A stretch of 64,000 nucleotides of DNA from an uncultured delta proteobacterium (GCA_963841435.1 CAWJCS010000005.1:1056001-1120000), one strand, 5' to 3'; positions 39,417-49,262 are shown, counted from the stretch's first letter. A program made the numbers and translations. Notes: generated by a model from the sequence alone, not told the origin.

Positions 39417-40847
39417 TCAGCCGCCGCCACTCGGCGTTTTTCGAAAGAGCACGACGCGCCCTCGCCGGGTGCGAATCACGCGAAAGCCGTGTGCGCTCGC
39501 GAGCCGCGCCTGCCCCGAGCCCCGGCGCGTGATGACGTAGTTGTAGAGGGGGTTTTCGAGCAGCTCCTGATCGAAGAACGTCATCGGAATCGATGTTCCG
39601 AGCGCGAGGTACCCGCCCGTGAGGTAGGGGTCGTCGACGAACAGGCCAGTGGCGTCGGCGCGGTGACCGACCCACGCCTGCGCGTCGAGCACTGCCTGAC
39701 TCTGGTCGAAATCCCGGAGCCGGAGCCGCGCCCAGCCATCCGCGACCACGAGCCCGAGCGCGAGCAGCGCCCCGATGACGCGCGCTTCGGTTCGCCGCCC
39801 GCTCGCGAGCATGAAACGCGACCATCCGGCTGACGCTGCGATTAGCAGGTACGCCCAGGCGAGCACCACGAAACGCTCCTCCTTGTGCGGCTGACTGCTC
39901 AGCACGACGACCATTCCGAGCCCGGACACCACGAACGGCCAGGTCACGCGCAGCGCCGCCAACGCCGGAACGACGAGCAGCGGCAGAGCGAACGGCAAGC
40001 GCTCGAACGCGCGTACGAAATAGAAGGCAAAGGGCTCGACACCGAACTCGGTCGCCCGCGCCTCTACGAAGTTGAACTTCAAGTAGGCGACGAAGGAAGA
40101 CAGAAAGCCGCCCCACGTCGCGAGATCCAAAAGGCCGAATGCAACGACGGGGACCAGCGCCAGGCCCGCGAGTGTCGCAGCGTCGCGAAAGCGCCGCTTG
40201 GCGACGAGCCATACGAACGGCACGAGCGCGAGCGGGCCGTTCGCGATGCGAAGGCAAACGCCGAGGCCGAGACACAGGCCCGCGTAGCCCGCGCGGCGCC
40301 GGGACTCGACGCCGCGCTCTTCGATGGATTCGGCGGAAAACACGAGCCCCCAGACGAGCGCGAGCATCGAGCCGTTTTCGCTGAGCGTCTGCGGCGCGAA
40401 CTTCACGAGCAGGGGGAACGTCGCCACGAGCGCCGCGGCGACAAGCCCACCAACGAGCTCTGCGCTCTCGCCCGACACGGCGAGCTCGTTCGGTGACGCT
40501 CTCACCATCCAGGCGCCCGCCCTGCGCGCCGCGAAGACCAGGAGAAGGCTCGCGAGCGACCAATTGAGAGCGAGGAGACGCCCGAGCGTGCGACCCTCGC
40601 GAACGCCGACGAGCTCGAAGAAGGCGAGCCAGGCGCCGTGATACCCCGGCAACGCCCAAGACCGTAGGCCGTCGGCCCACTCCCACGTGCCGTACGCCAG
40701 GCCATGGAGGCGCTGCCAGGCCGGCTCGACGTACTGGAAGAACTGGTCGGCGTGCACGGGCGGCGCCTCGAACGCCGCAACGACGCGTACCCCCGCCGCC
40801 AAGAGCACGATGGCCCAGAAGAGTCGGTCGGCAACCGCGCGCTTCAT
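39417..40847 (-). CDS. Alg9/PIG-B-like (GT22, GT-C fold) mannosyltransferase
   Basis: HADQFFQYVEPA, TWEWADGLRSW, YLKFN, QPHKEERF; multi-pass membrane protein. Confidence 0.82.
   Translation of the reverse strand: MKRAVADRLFWAIVLLAAGVRVVAAFEAPPVHADQFFQYVEPAWQRLHGLAYGTWEWADGLRSWALPGYHGAWLAFFELVGVREGRTLGRLLALNWSLASLLLVFAARRAGAWMVRASPNELAVSGESAELVGGLVAAALVATFPLLVKFAPQTLSENGSMLALVWGLVFSAESIEERGVESRRRAGYAGLCLGLGVCLRIANGPLALVPFVWLVAKRRFRDAATLAGLALVPVVAFGLLDLATWGGFLSSFVAYLKFNFVEARATEFGVEPFAFYFVRAFERLPFALPLLVVPALAALRVTWPFVVSGLGMVVVLSSQPHKEERFVVLAWAYLLIAASAGWSRFMLASGRRTEARVIGALLALGLVVADGWARLRLRDFDQSQAVLDAQAWVGHRADATGLFVDDPYLTGGYLALGTSIPMTFFDQELLENPLYNYVITRRGSGQARLASAHGFRVIRTRRGRVVLFRKTPSGGG
39423..39507. 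repeat. 85-bp exact direct repeat, copy 2
   Basis: Last codons of the glycosyltransferase; identical to 37812-37896. Confidence 0.95.
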
Positions 40848-41443
40848 CGTCCGAACGCCTCGATCTCGTAGAGCACCACTCTGCTTCCCGGCTCGTTGGG
40901 AACGAAATCCACGCGGACCCCGAGCGCGTCCGGGCAATCGAGCGCGTGGGTCGAACGCTTCTTTCGATTCTTCCGCACGCGGATCGAGGGACCATGACCG
41001 CCTGAACGCAAGCAAGTGATCCGGAATTTTCGCACGGGTTGCTCTTCCTTTTCAACGTCGCTCACGTGCCTGAGGACGACCCGCTCGAGGTGGTGTGGCT
41101 CGCGAAAATCGAGCTCGACCCAGGGCACGGCATCGCCGACCTGCGACGCCCATTTTTCGTTCATCGTCGGCCGCGCCCGGCCGTCAACGAGGTAGGCAAC
41201 GTGGTGAAAGGCGTGCACGTCACGCTCCATCGAGCTCGCACGCAGCGTCGGGCCCGAAGCAAGCACGGCGAGGTGCGGATCGCCCGGCGACCAGCCCGCT
41301 TGGCGCGGGAGCGTCAGCTCGACGCTGGGCCGCGCGACGATGAAGCGCGCCAAGCCCACGAGCCAGCAGAATGTCAGGAGCGCGCCGGCAGCCGGCGCGA
41401 GAGCACCGGCCGTGCAGGGCCACCGGAACGTCGTCATCCGCAC
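40844..41443 (-). CDS. membrane-anchored discoidin/F5-8 type C-like protein
   Basis: N-terminal TM; ASS...LVDG...W.S...PWVELDF...LYEIEAFG; ATGA overlap with the glycosyltransferase. Confidence 0.65.
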   Translation of the reverse strand: MRMTTFRWPCTAGALAPAAGALLTFCWLVGLARFIVARPSVELTLPRQAGWSPGDPHLAVLASGPTLRASSMERDVHAFHHVAYLVDGRARPTMNEKWASQVGDAVPWVELDFREPHHLERVVLRHVSDVEKEEQPVRKFRITCLRSGGHGPSIRVRKNRKKRSTHALDCPDALGVRVDFVPNEPGSRVVLYEIEAFGR

Positions 41444-41493
41444 CCAGTATCACGATCGACCCACGCAAGCGTGAGCAGTGCGCTGCGACCGGC

Positions 41494-42399
41494 TCAACAG
41501 ACGGGGCAGGCACAAGCGACGTAGTCCTCGGTCTCGGTACAACCGTAGGAGCAGGCCGCGAGGCAGCTACAGTATTTTCCCGCCGCGCATCCGTTTTGGG
41601 GCACGACGCAGGAGTATGACGCGAACTGGGCCTCGAAGACGATGCACACCGTGCCGTCGGGACACGCGGAGCAGTCGGTGACCTGACCGCAATCGGTGGC
41701 GTCGATGCAGGGCCCCCAGCACGGAACCGCAATGCCCTGCGAGACGACGCTCGGCACCTGACCCGGCGGGCAGCTGGGCGGCGCTGCTTCGCACCCCACC
41801 CGCCCGCGATCACAGCTAACGTCGAATCGGCAGCGACCCATGTCGCACGTCGGATGAACCTCGGTGAGACCAAGCTCGACGCAAGCGTCGCGCTCGCAGT
41901 CGAGAGCGCAAAAGGAGGGAGTTTTTTGGGGCTCCGAACGGCACCCGCAGCAGTCGCTGACGCGCACGCAATCCTCGGGCCCTTCGCACTCCCGTTCACC
42001 CGGTGGTGGCGTGATCACGCCGCCCGTGCCGCCCCCGGCCTGGCCACCGGACGCGCCGGCGTCGCCGCCGGTCGCTCCTGACACGCCACCCATGGCGCCC
42101 GCGCTACCGCTGCTTCCCGCTGTGCCGCCCGCCGTTCCCGCTGTGCCGCCCGCCGTTCCCGCGGTGCCGCCCGCCGTTCCCGCTGTGCCACCCGTCGTTC
42201 CCCCGGTGCCACCTCGGCCTGCGGTGGCGCCTCCAGAGCCGGCACCCACCGCGCCTGCCGTCACGCCGGCGGTGCCGCCCGACGCGCCGCTTCCCCGCTC
42301 GCTCGTCGACTTGCCGGCGCAGTGGAGCACGAGCGCGGCCAAGACGACGGCGAGGGCCAAACCCCGCACCCGTCGGTTCGATTGTCGCGCGCTCTCCAT
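41494..42399 (-). CDS. Cys-rich lipoprotein with Gly/Thr/Ala linker
   Basis: GGGAGG RBS; hydrophobic signal ending LHC; Cys-rich C-terminal half. Confidence 0.8.
   Translation of the reverse strand: MESARQSNRRVRGLALAVVLAALVLHCAGKSTSERGSGASGGTAGVTAGAVGAGSGGATAGRGGTGGTTGGTAGTAGGTAGTAGGTAGTAGGTAGSSGSAGAMGGVSGATGGDAGASGGQAGGGTGGVITPPPGERECEGPEDCVRVSDCCGCRSEPQKTPSFCALDCERDACVELGLTEVHPTCDMGRCRFDVSCDRGRVGCEAAPPSCPPGQVPSVVSQGIAVPCWGPCIDATDCGQVTDCSACPDGTVCIVFEAQFASYSCVVPQNGCAAGKYCSCLAACSYGCTETEDYVACACPVC
42114..42202. repeat. 21-bp coding tandem repeat, ~4 copies (GGTAGTA)
   Basis: TTCCCGCTGTGCCGCCCGCCG repeated with minor changes. Confidence 0.9.
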
Positions 42400-42537
42400 C
42401 GCCTCCCACTTTTCAGATTACCACACCGGCGCTCGGCGCCGGCGCACACCCGGCGGAAAACATCCATTATTACAGCACGTTGGCGCCTTTCGCGAGGCCG
42501 GTCGTCTAACCACCGAACCCCCGAAAGGAGACGATCC

Positions 42538-43119
42538 ATGACCACACCGATCCGCATCTTGGGCTTCGCCGGCAGCACCTACGTCCGCACCGCGCGCCTC
42601 GTCTGTCTCGAGAAGGACGTGCCCCACGAGCTCGTGCCGCTCGAGTTCGGCGCAGCGTCGCACGTGAAGGAGCACCCGTTCGCGAAGATGCCCGCGCTCG
42701 TGCACGACGACGTTCGCCTCTTCGAAACGCTCGCCATCGGCAGCTACGTGAACGATCTGGGCTCGGCGCCGAGCCTGCTCCCGGCGGCACCTAGAGAGCG
42801 CGCCGTCGCACTGCAATGGATCAGCGCCGCCATCGACTACGTCTACGACGACCTCGTGCGGGCCCTCCTCGCCGACACGCTCCCGGACGGCGCGCGGGCG
42901 AACGTCAATCGGACGCTCGCCGCGCTGGATGCGGGCATCGCATCGCGGCCGTTCTTCGCAGGGCGTGAGCTCTCCCTCGCGGATTTGTTTCTCGCGCCCA
43001 TGGTGGACTTCGCCGCGCGGAAGGAGCCCGAGCTCGCGCCACGCGAGCAGAAGAACCTCACGCGCTGGCTCGATACCATGCGCGCCCGCGCGAGCATGAA
43101 AGCGACGGCGGGCTCGTGA
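42538..43119 (+). CDS. glutathione S-transferase family protein
   Basis: STYVR, HPFAKMPAL, LFETLAI, FFAG..LSLADL; AAAGGAG RBS. Confidence 0.9.
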   Translation: MTTPIRILGFAGSTYVRTARLVCLEKDVPHELVPLEFGAASHVKEHPFAKMPALVHDDVRLFETLAIGSYVNDLGSAPSLLPAAPRERAVALQWISAAIDYVYDDLVRALLADTLPDGARANVNRTLAALDAGIASRPFFAGRELSLADLFLAPMVDFAARKEPELAPREQKNLTRWLDTMRARASMKATAGS

Positions 43120-44069
43120 GCCAGGCCGTCGCGCGTCCGCTCGAGGAGCGGCGGGCCTCACGGCCGCGGGGAGCTTCTGCGTCCCGCGGCCGGATGCTAC
43201 GGTCCGAGCCCTTGAACGGACCTTCCGCACCCGGATCCAGCGAGGCCTCGCTCGTCGAGGCCGCACGCAGCGGCGATCGGGCGGCATTCGAAGCGATCTG
43301 TCGCGATGCCCGACCGAAGCTTCGCGGCGTTTTGAGAAAGCTCGTCGGGGATCCCGAGCAGACCGACGATCTCACCCAGGAAGCTCTGACCAAGGCGTGG
43401 ACCTCGCTCGCGAGGTTCGACGGGCGCTCCGCCTTTTCCACCTGGCTCTGCCGCATCGGCGTCAACCTCGCGCTCGACCTGCTGCGCGGGGAGAAGCGCT
43501 GGCGCGACCGCGCACAGGTCGCCTACGCGAACGAATGCACGCGCTCGCCAGAGCTCGGCATGGAGGTCGGCGGCACGCTCATGGCGCCGGACTTCCACTA
43601 CGACGTAAGCGAGCACATCGCCTTCTGCTTCCAATGCGTCGGACGGTCGCTCGCCCCCGAGCTCCAGGCGGCGCTCGTGCTGCGCGAGGTGCTCGAGCTC
43701 GGAAACCAGGAAGCGGCCGACGAGCTCGGCATCTCCGAATCGGTGCTCCGGCACCACCTCACCGAAGCGCGCGCCACGATGCACGCGTCGTTCGACGGCC
43801 TGTGCGCCCTCGTGAGCAAAACGGGCGTCTGCTACCAATGCAAAGGTCTACGGGAGGTGATCCCCGACCCCGTGAGACAGGGTGAGCCGGCGCCGGACGA
43901 ATTGCCCTTCGCGCGTCGATTGCAGATTTGGCGCGAAGCACCCATCGATCAGGGAAGATCGCAAGCCTTGCATGATCTTTTCTGGCGTCGCATTCGAGCA
44001 CAGGAACGCGACGGTGTTGGCTCGACCGAGCCCAGCTCCGACTGCGCGCCAGCTTCCGACAGTCGCTGA
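43116..44069 (+). CDS. ECF sigma-70 factor with Cys-rich C-terminal extension
   Basis: DDLTQE, FDGRSAFSTWLCRI, region 4 HTH; tail CALVSKTGVCYQC. Confidence 0.88.
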   Translation: MSQAVARPLEERRASRPRGASASRGRMLRSEPLNGPSAPGSSEASLVEAARSGDRAAFEAICRDARPKLRGVLRKLVGDPEQTDDLTQEALTKAWTSLARFDGRSAFSTWLCRIGVNLALDLLRGEKRWRDRAQVAYANECTRSPELGMEVGGTLMAPDFHYDVSEHIAFCFQCVGRSLAPELQAALVLREVLELGNQEAADELGISESVLRHHLTEARATMHASFDGLCALVSKTGVCYQCKGLREVIPDPVRQGEPAPDELPFARRLQIWREAPIDQGRSQALHDLFWRRIRAQERDGVGSTEPSSDCAPASDSR

Positions 44070-44169
44070 CACATTGCGCTCTTTGCTGCGACCGCCGGTG
44101 GGGTGACGATTTTGCCGCTGGCCGGCGACACGTCTCGTCGTTGCAATGGCGTTGCAAACGGCAGAGCAC

Positions 44170-45378
44170 ATGCGCAACCAACACGGCGGCAGGACGCTTC
44201 GAACATCCACCTCGCTCGGCCTGCGAAAAGTCGGGCTATTCGCGGCGAGCATCGCCTTCGCGCTTTCGTGCGCCAGCGCGGACGATACGCCGGGCGGCTC
44301 GGGCGGGACGCAGGCGGCGGCGGGAGCGGCGGCGGTCGCGGGCGCCGGTGCGGGCGGTTCGCTTGCCGGAGGCAGCGGCGGTACCGCGGGCACCGGGGCG
44401 CCGCCAACGGGCGGCTCATCGGGCACCGCCGGCACCTTCGCGGGCAATGGTGGCGCTGGCGGCGCGGGCGCGGGCGCCGGTGGCGCGGGCGCGACGGGTG
44501 CGCTGGGCGGCACGGCCGGGCTCAGCGCGGGCCAAAGTGGGCAATCGGGGGCGGGCGCCGGGGGAGCGTCAGGGGGCACCCCGGCAAACGGCGGCAGCGC
44601 TGGTGCAGGTGCCGGCGGGGCCGGGGCGGGCGGCGTCGGCGGCGTCGGCGGCGCTGGAAACGGAGGCGCGAGTGGCGCCGGTGCGGGCGGCGCTGGAAAC
44701 GCCGGCGCGAGCGGCTCGAGCGGCAGCGGCGGCGCTCAGGGTTACGAGCCGTGCCCGACCACGGGCCCCTGCAAGATCCTGCCGCTCGGCGACTCGATCA
44801 CCTGGGGCATTCAGTACGACGGGGCGTACCGCGTCCAGCTCTTCACGCGCGCGGTCAACGACGGCCATTCGATCACCTTCACGGGCTCGCTCAGCAACGG
44901 GCCGAGCATGGCCGCCGGTCAGACCTTCCCCAAGAGCAACGAGGGCCACAGCGGCTGGACCATCGACCAGGACGCAGGGCTCATTCCGTCGCCGGCGCTC
45001 AACACGATACCGAACATCGTCACGCTCATGATCGGCACCAACGACGTGTACGCGCAGTCGGGACAGTCCACGATGCCCAATCGTCTCGGTAGTTTGATCG
45101 ACAAGATCACGGCCGCCGCGCCCGACGCGCTGCTCGTCGTGGCGAAGATCACACCGCTTGCGAACGCCAGCTGGAACGCGACCATCAAGACGTACAACGA
45201 CGCGATCCCCGGCGTCGTCGACACGCGCGTCGCCGCGGGCAAGCACCTGATGGTCGTCGACATGAACACGGGCTTCACCTCCGGGATGTTGAGCTCCGAC
45301 TCCATCCACCCGAACAAGTCCGGCTACGACTTCATGGGCAACGTCTGGTACGAGGCCATCAAGGACTTTTTGCCGTAG
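44170..45378 (+). CDS. SGNH/GDSL esterase lipoprotein (CE3-like) with Gly/Ala linker
   Basis: LSC lipobox; PLGDSITWG, EGHSGWTI, IGTND, DSIHP. Confidence 0.9.
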   Translation: MRNQHGGRTLRTSTSLGLRKVGLFAASIAFALSCASADDTPGGSGGTQAAAGAAAVAGAGAGGSLAGGSGGTAGTGAPPTGGSSGTAGTFAGNGGAGGAGAGAGGAGATGALGGTAGLSAGQSGQSGAGAGGASGGTPANGGSAGAGAGGAGAGGVGGVGGAGNGGASGAGAGGAGNAGASGSSGSGGAQGYEPCPTTGPCKILPLGDSITWGIQYDGAYRVQLFTRAVNDGHSITFTGSLSNGPSMAAGQTFPKSNEGHSGWTIDQDAGLIPSPALNTIPNIVTLMIGTNDVYAQSGQSTMPNRLGSLIDKITAAAPDALLVVAKITPLANASWNATIKTYNDAIPGVVDTRVAAGKHLMVVDMNTGFTSGMLSSDSIHPNKSGYDFMGNVWYEAIKDFLP

Positions 45379-45394
45379 CCGGGGCGCGAGCCGG

Positions 45395-46461
45395 TCAGTA
45401 GCCGGCGATGCAGCGCCGCCCCAGCACGTCGAACACCGCGGCGGCGGCGGCCACAGCGCCGGACGCGCTGAAGACGAGGCCGTCCGCCGCGGCGTACTCG
45501 GGGTGGGCGGTAAAGACCGGGCGCAGGTCGATGAAATGGCACGGGAGCGGGGCACGACCGCACGCGTTTTCGACCTGCGGTCGGAGCACATCGAGGCCGG
45601 CCTTCACGTCAGCGTTGCCGACGGGATCGGCGTAGAAGAAATAGACCACCTGCTCGACGCCGTCGGCAGCGGCGCGAGTGAGCAGCGCCTCGAAGCCCGC
45701 AACGGCCGCGGTCACCGCGGGGCAGGTGGCGGTCGGCGCCGAGCCGCAGGGAACGTTGAGCACGTCGGTTTCTCCCCCGTCCATGACGATGAACCGCATG
45801 GCACCCTCGCCTCGAGCGGTCGCGTACTGGTTCTCGATGGAGAGCGACCCGGTCGCCAGGACGGACATCAGGTACGAGGAGTAGTCCCGCAGCTGCTCAC
45901 CGGACGCGAGAACGCCCGCGTCGACGAGCAGCTGCTCGAGCTCGGTGGTGAACGGACTCAGCTGGATGATCGAATCGCCCAAGACGACGAGCTCGGACGG
46001 GGCAGGCTGTGTCCCTACGCAGCTCGAAGGATCGCCCGCGTCGGGCGGAGGCAGCGGATCGCGCCGGCAAAAGCCGGATTGGCAGGTGAAGGCGCCCGCG
46101 AGGGGTCCGCAGTCCGCATCAGTGAGGCAGCTCACGTCGCAGACGCTCGCAACGTGCCGTCGCCGTCGCCGTCGAGACAGCGCCCCTCTGCGACGCGCGG
46201 CGCGAGCGGGGTGCACGCCGCGTTGGACGCGAGCGCCGCACATTCGGCGCTTCTCGCGCAAGGCGTCGTGCACACGCTGCACACGCAGCTCGCCTCCTCG
46301 CCGCAGGTTGCCTGACAGCTCGAAAGGAAGTGCGTTTCGCTGCCGTCGGGCGAGCCCGTCTCCTCCCCGCACGATGCCGTGGCAAGGAGGGGCGAAAGTC
46401 CGAAGAGCAGGCGGAACAGTGCTCGAGTGGCACCGGCACGAAAGCTAGTCGCCGCTGCCAT
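45395..46461 (-). CDS. Cys-rich lipoprotein with C-terminal SGNH-like domain, frameshift near 46150
   Basis: TASC lipobox and Cys-rich N-terminus in one frame; VLGDSII, DGGETD, ADGLVF in the next; the usual catalytic His (DxxH) is absent. Confidence 0.7.
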
Positions 46462-47434
46462 CGCTCTCCTCCTCGATGAGGCATTGACCCAGGTAGACGA
46501 TGACCTGCGTGGCCTCATCGGGGCTCCGATGCTCGGCATTGTAGCGCTCGATCTTCTCGCGCAGCTTGCCGACGCGCTGGCGCAGCTCGCCGAGCGTCTC
46601 GAACGCCTCGTCGGCGTGGGGGTGCCCCTGCCACACGTCGAGCGTATAGGTGCTGCCCCCGATGCGATCGGCCAGACTCGCGCTCGACCGTGCGAGCCCC
46701 AGGCGCGCCGTGACGGTGTTCACGAGTGCCCGGTAATGGTCGAACACGGCGGCTTCCCAGCCCACGGGCGCACCGAGCGGGACGAGCAGCGAGCTTGCGC
46801 GATACAGGCCGTCAGCGCTCGAAAGCACAATCCGACCCGCTTCCTCGAGTCGCACGAGCGCCAGCGAAAGCTCCCCCTGGTCGATGGCCTGGCTGGCGAG
46901 GTCAGCGAGACCCGTGGGGCCTTCGCGGTAGATGAGCGCCCACAAGAGCTCGTCGAGCCCCTCGTTTTTGCGCGTCTGACGCAGCCGCTCGAGCTCCTCT
47001 TCGGGCGTGATGCGATAGCTCACGGCCACGCCCCCGCCCGAAGCGGTGATGAGCCCGCTCTCGCTAAGGTCGTGGAGCACGGCACGGACTTGACCGTCGT
47101 CGTCCCCCGAAAAATGCCCGAGCACCTCCGTACGCGTCACGGTGCCACGGCCACCCACGTAGTCGAGCACGGCCACCCAGAGCGAGCGACCCTTTTCCGT
47201 CGAGCTCTCGGTGAAACGCTGGATCTTACGCTGGTAGGTGCGAAGGCCCAGCCCGAACATGTCCGCGCTGACCTTGCGGCTCACGCCCTGCCGCTCGAGC
47301 TCTCGCACGAGGTCGAGAAAAACCTGATTCGCGACGTGAGCGAGCGGCGCGCGCGTGCCGCCAGCGGTCGCAAGCTGAGCTATCAGGATCGTGGTCTGCC
47401 GGACGATGGCCTGAATCAAAAGCTCGACGGTCAT
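46445..47434 (-). CDS. HTH-containing hypothetical protein (putative regulator)
   Basis: HTH-like GVSRKVSADMFGLGLRTYQRK; winged-helix-like repeats; overlaps the downstream lipoprotein start. Confidence 0.7.
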   Translation of the reverse strand: MTVELLIQAIVRQTTILIAQLATAGGTRAPLAHVANQVFLDLVRELERQGVSRKVSADMFGLGLRTYQRKIQRFTESSTEKGRSLWVAVLDYVGGRGTVTRTEVLGHFSGDDDGQVRAVLHDLSESGLITASGGGVAVSYRITPEEELERLRQTRKNEGLDELLWALIYREGPTGLADLASQAIDQGELSLALVRLEEAGRIVLSSADGLYRASSLLVPLGAPVGWEAAVFDHYRALVNTVTARLGLARSSASLADRIGGSTYTLDVWQGHPHADEAFETLGELRQRVGKLREKIERYNAEHRSPDEATQVIVYLGQCLIEEESDGSGD

Positions 47435-47661
47435 ACGCGCGGCAGCGGTCCCAAGGGGTACCGCTTATTTTTTTTGCCACGCCTGAAACATGGAAGCGAC
47501 AGACTTGTCGCCCTCTCGTGGAAACTTGTCGCTTTCGGGGAATCTCTTGCCTTCCCGGCTGCATGCCGGGCGAGTCGCGGCCAAAGCGCGCGCCTCCGCG
47601 CCAGTTCGAAGAGCGTTCCCGCGGGCCCGGCGCGTCGCCAAAGCGCTCTAAGGCCGCCCGC

Positions 47662-48436
47662 TCATGCCGAGGGCGCTGCGCTGGTCCGAAACTCCCGCCA
47701 CCAGGCGCGCGCCTCGTCGAGCGTCCAAGGGGAGCGCCGCGCGCAGTCGGCCAGCGCGTCGTGGAGCTCTCGTGCCGACTGCGGTCGCTCGCCGGGAGCC
47801 TTGGCGAGACAGCGGAGCACGAGCGCTTCGAGCTCTTGGGGCAGCGGCGTGCCGAGCACCTCGCTCGGAGGAACCGGCGGCGTGTGGAGGTGATGGCCGC
47901 ACACGGCGAGCACACTATCGGCCTCGAACGGCGGTCGCCCCGTGAGCAGAAAATAGGCAACGCCACCGAGCGCGTAGATGTCGACGCGGTGGTCCCCCGC
48001 GGCGGGCGACACGATCGACTCCGGCGCCAGGTACTGCGGCGTGCCGGTGATGGCGTCGGTATGGGTGAGAGCGGGACCGGCCTCGGGCTCGAGGCTCTTC
48101 ACGAGGCCGAAGTCGACGAGCTTGACGGTATCGGGTGCCCCGCCACGTTCACAGAACAGCATGTTGGCGGGTTTCACGTCACGGTGAATGAGCCCGAGCG
48201 AATGCGCCTCCGAAAGGGCCCCGGCCGCCTGGAGCAAGATGTGGATCACGCGCGCCCCTTTCGGGCATCATCGCGAGCGTGAGCAGCAGGCCGAGCACGT
48301 ACAGACCGCCGAAGATGAGGAGCAGCACCCGCGCGTAGTCCGACACCCGCTGCGCGTAGAAGCGCTGCGTCTCTTCCTCGCTGGGGGCCGCGCCGGCTCG
48401 CAGCAGGGCGCGCTCGGCTTCGGGACGGCTGCTCAT
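47662..48436 (-). pseudogene. Hanks-type Ser/Thr kinase with an internal deletion
   Basis: HRDVKPAN, DFGL, GTPQYLAPE, DIYALG present; Gly loop and AxK lysine absent; N-terminal TM fragment joined out of frame near 48258. Confidence 0.82.
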
Positions 48437-48443
48437 CCACGCC

Positions 48444-49262
48444 TCAGTCGGTGATCGTCACGTTTTCGACGCAGAGCGGTGCCTGGCGGTGCGGGCAGCG
48501 GATGCGCACGTGAAAGTGATCGTCGTGGTCGCTCGCATTGCGTGGTTGATGCAGGAGCGCCGCGGCGTCGTCGACGTATTTGGCAAACAGGCGGTGGGAC
48601 GCGGCAAAACGCAGGAGCCTTCGGCGCAGGTGCGTGGCCACGAACACGTGCTGGATGGTCGCACGGTGGTCCTTGAGCCAGAGCTGCACGAGCAGCCAGT
48701 TTCGGTAGTCGTCGAACACGAGCCCGCTATCGTCCTTCGCCTTGCCGTTCTCGTCGAAGGCGACGAAATGATCGAGGGTTCTTGGCCGGTCGCGCCGGTC
48801 GCGGACGAAGAACCCGACGTCCCCGTCGCGACCGCTCTCGTGCGAGCGATGTCCGGCGATCGGCCCGCCGTATTTGTGCGACAAATCCCCCACGAGCAGC
48901 ACGGAGCCCGGCGACTGACGGGCGAGCTGGCGCGCGCTCCGCTCCAGCATGAGCACGAGCGCCGGGTGACCGTACGAGGCGCTGCCGCTGCCGCGCTTGA
49001 CGTGCAGCACCGTGTTCGAGCGCAGGCGCTTGCTCCTGAGCTGCCAGCCGTTGGTCGGCGACCCCACCGAAAGCGACATCAAGGTGTACGGGGAGCGACG
49101 GAAGGGCTGAGGTAGATCGAGGTTCGAGCGCGGGCTCGCCAGCGCCGGGCGAGGCGAAAGGCCCATCGAAAGGAGCAGGCAGAGAGCGAGGAGCTTCTGG
49201 AGCACGGAACGGAAACGCTTCGGGCTTCTCCCTCTGAAACCCGCGACACGAGCCCAAACCAT
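48444..49262 (-). CDS. penicillin-insensitive murein endopeptidase (MepA family)
   Basis: GDLS..GG...HRSHESGRDGD, HDDHFHVRI.C; signal-like N-terminus. Confidence 0.88.
   Translation of the reverse strand: MVWARVAGFRGRSPKRFRSVLQKLLALCLLLSMGLSPRPALASPRSNLDLPQPFRRSPYTLMSLSVGSPTNGWQLRSKRLRSNTVLHVKRGSGSASYGHPALVLMLERSARQLARQSPGSVLLVGDLSHKYGGPIAGHRSHESGRDGDVGFFVRDRRDRPRTLDHFVAFDENGKAKDDSGLVFDDYRNWLLVQLWLKDHRATIQHVFVATHLRRRLLRFAASHRLFAKYVDDAAALLHQPRNASDHDDHFHVRIRCPHRQAPLCVENVTITD

Noticed and set aside
47463-47479. sigma54-like motif or terminator at the T8 run upstream of the HTH gene
   Set aside because: Spacing is 12 and there is no adjacent strong stem
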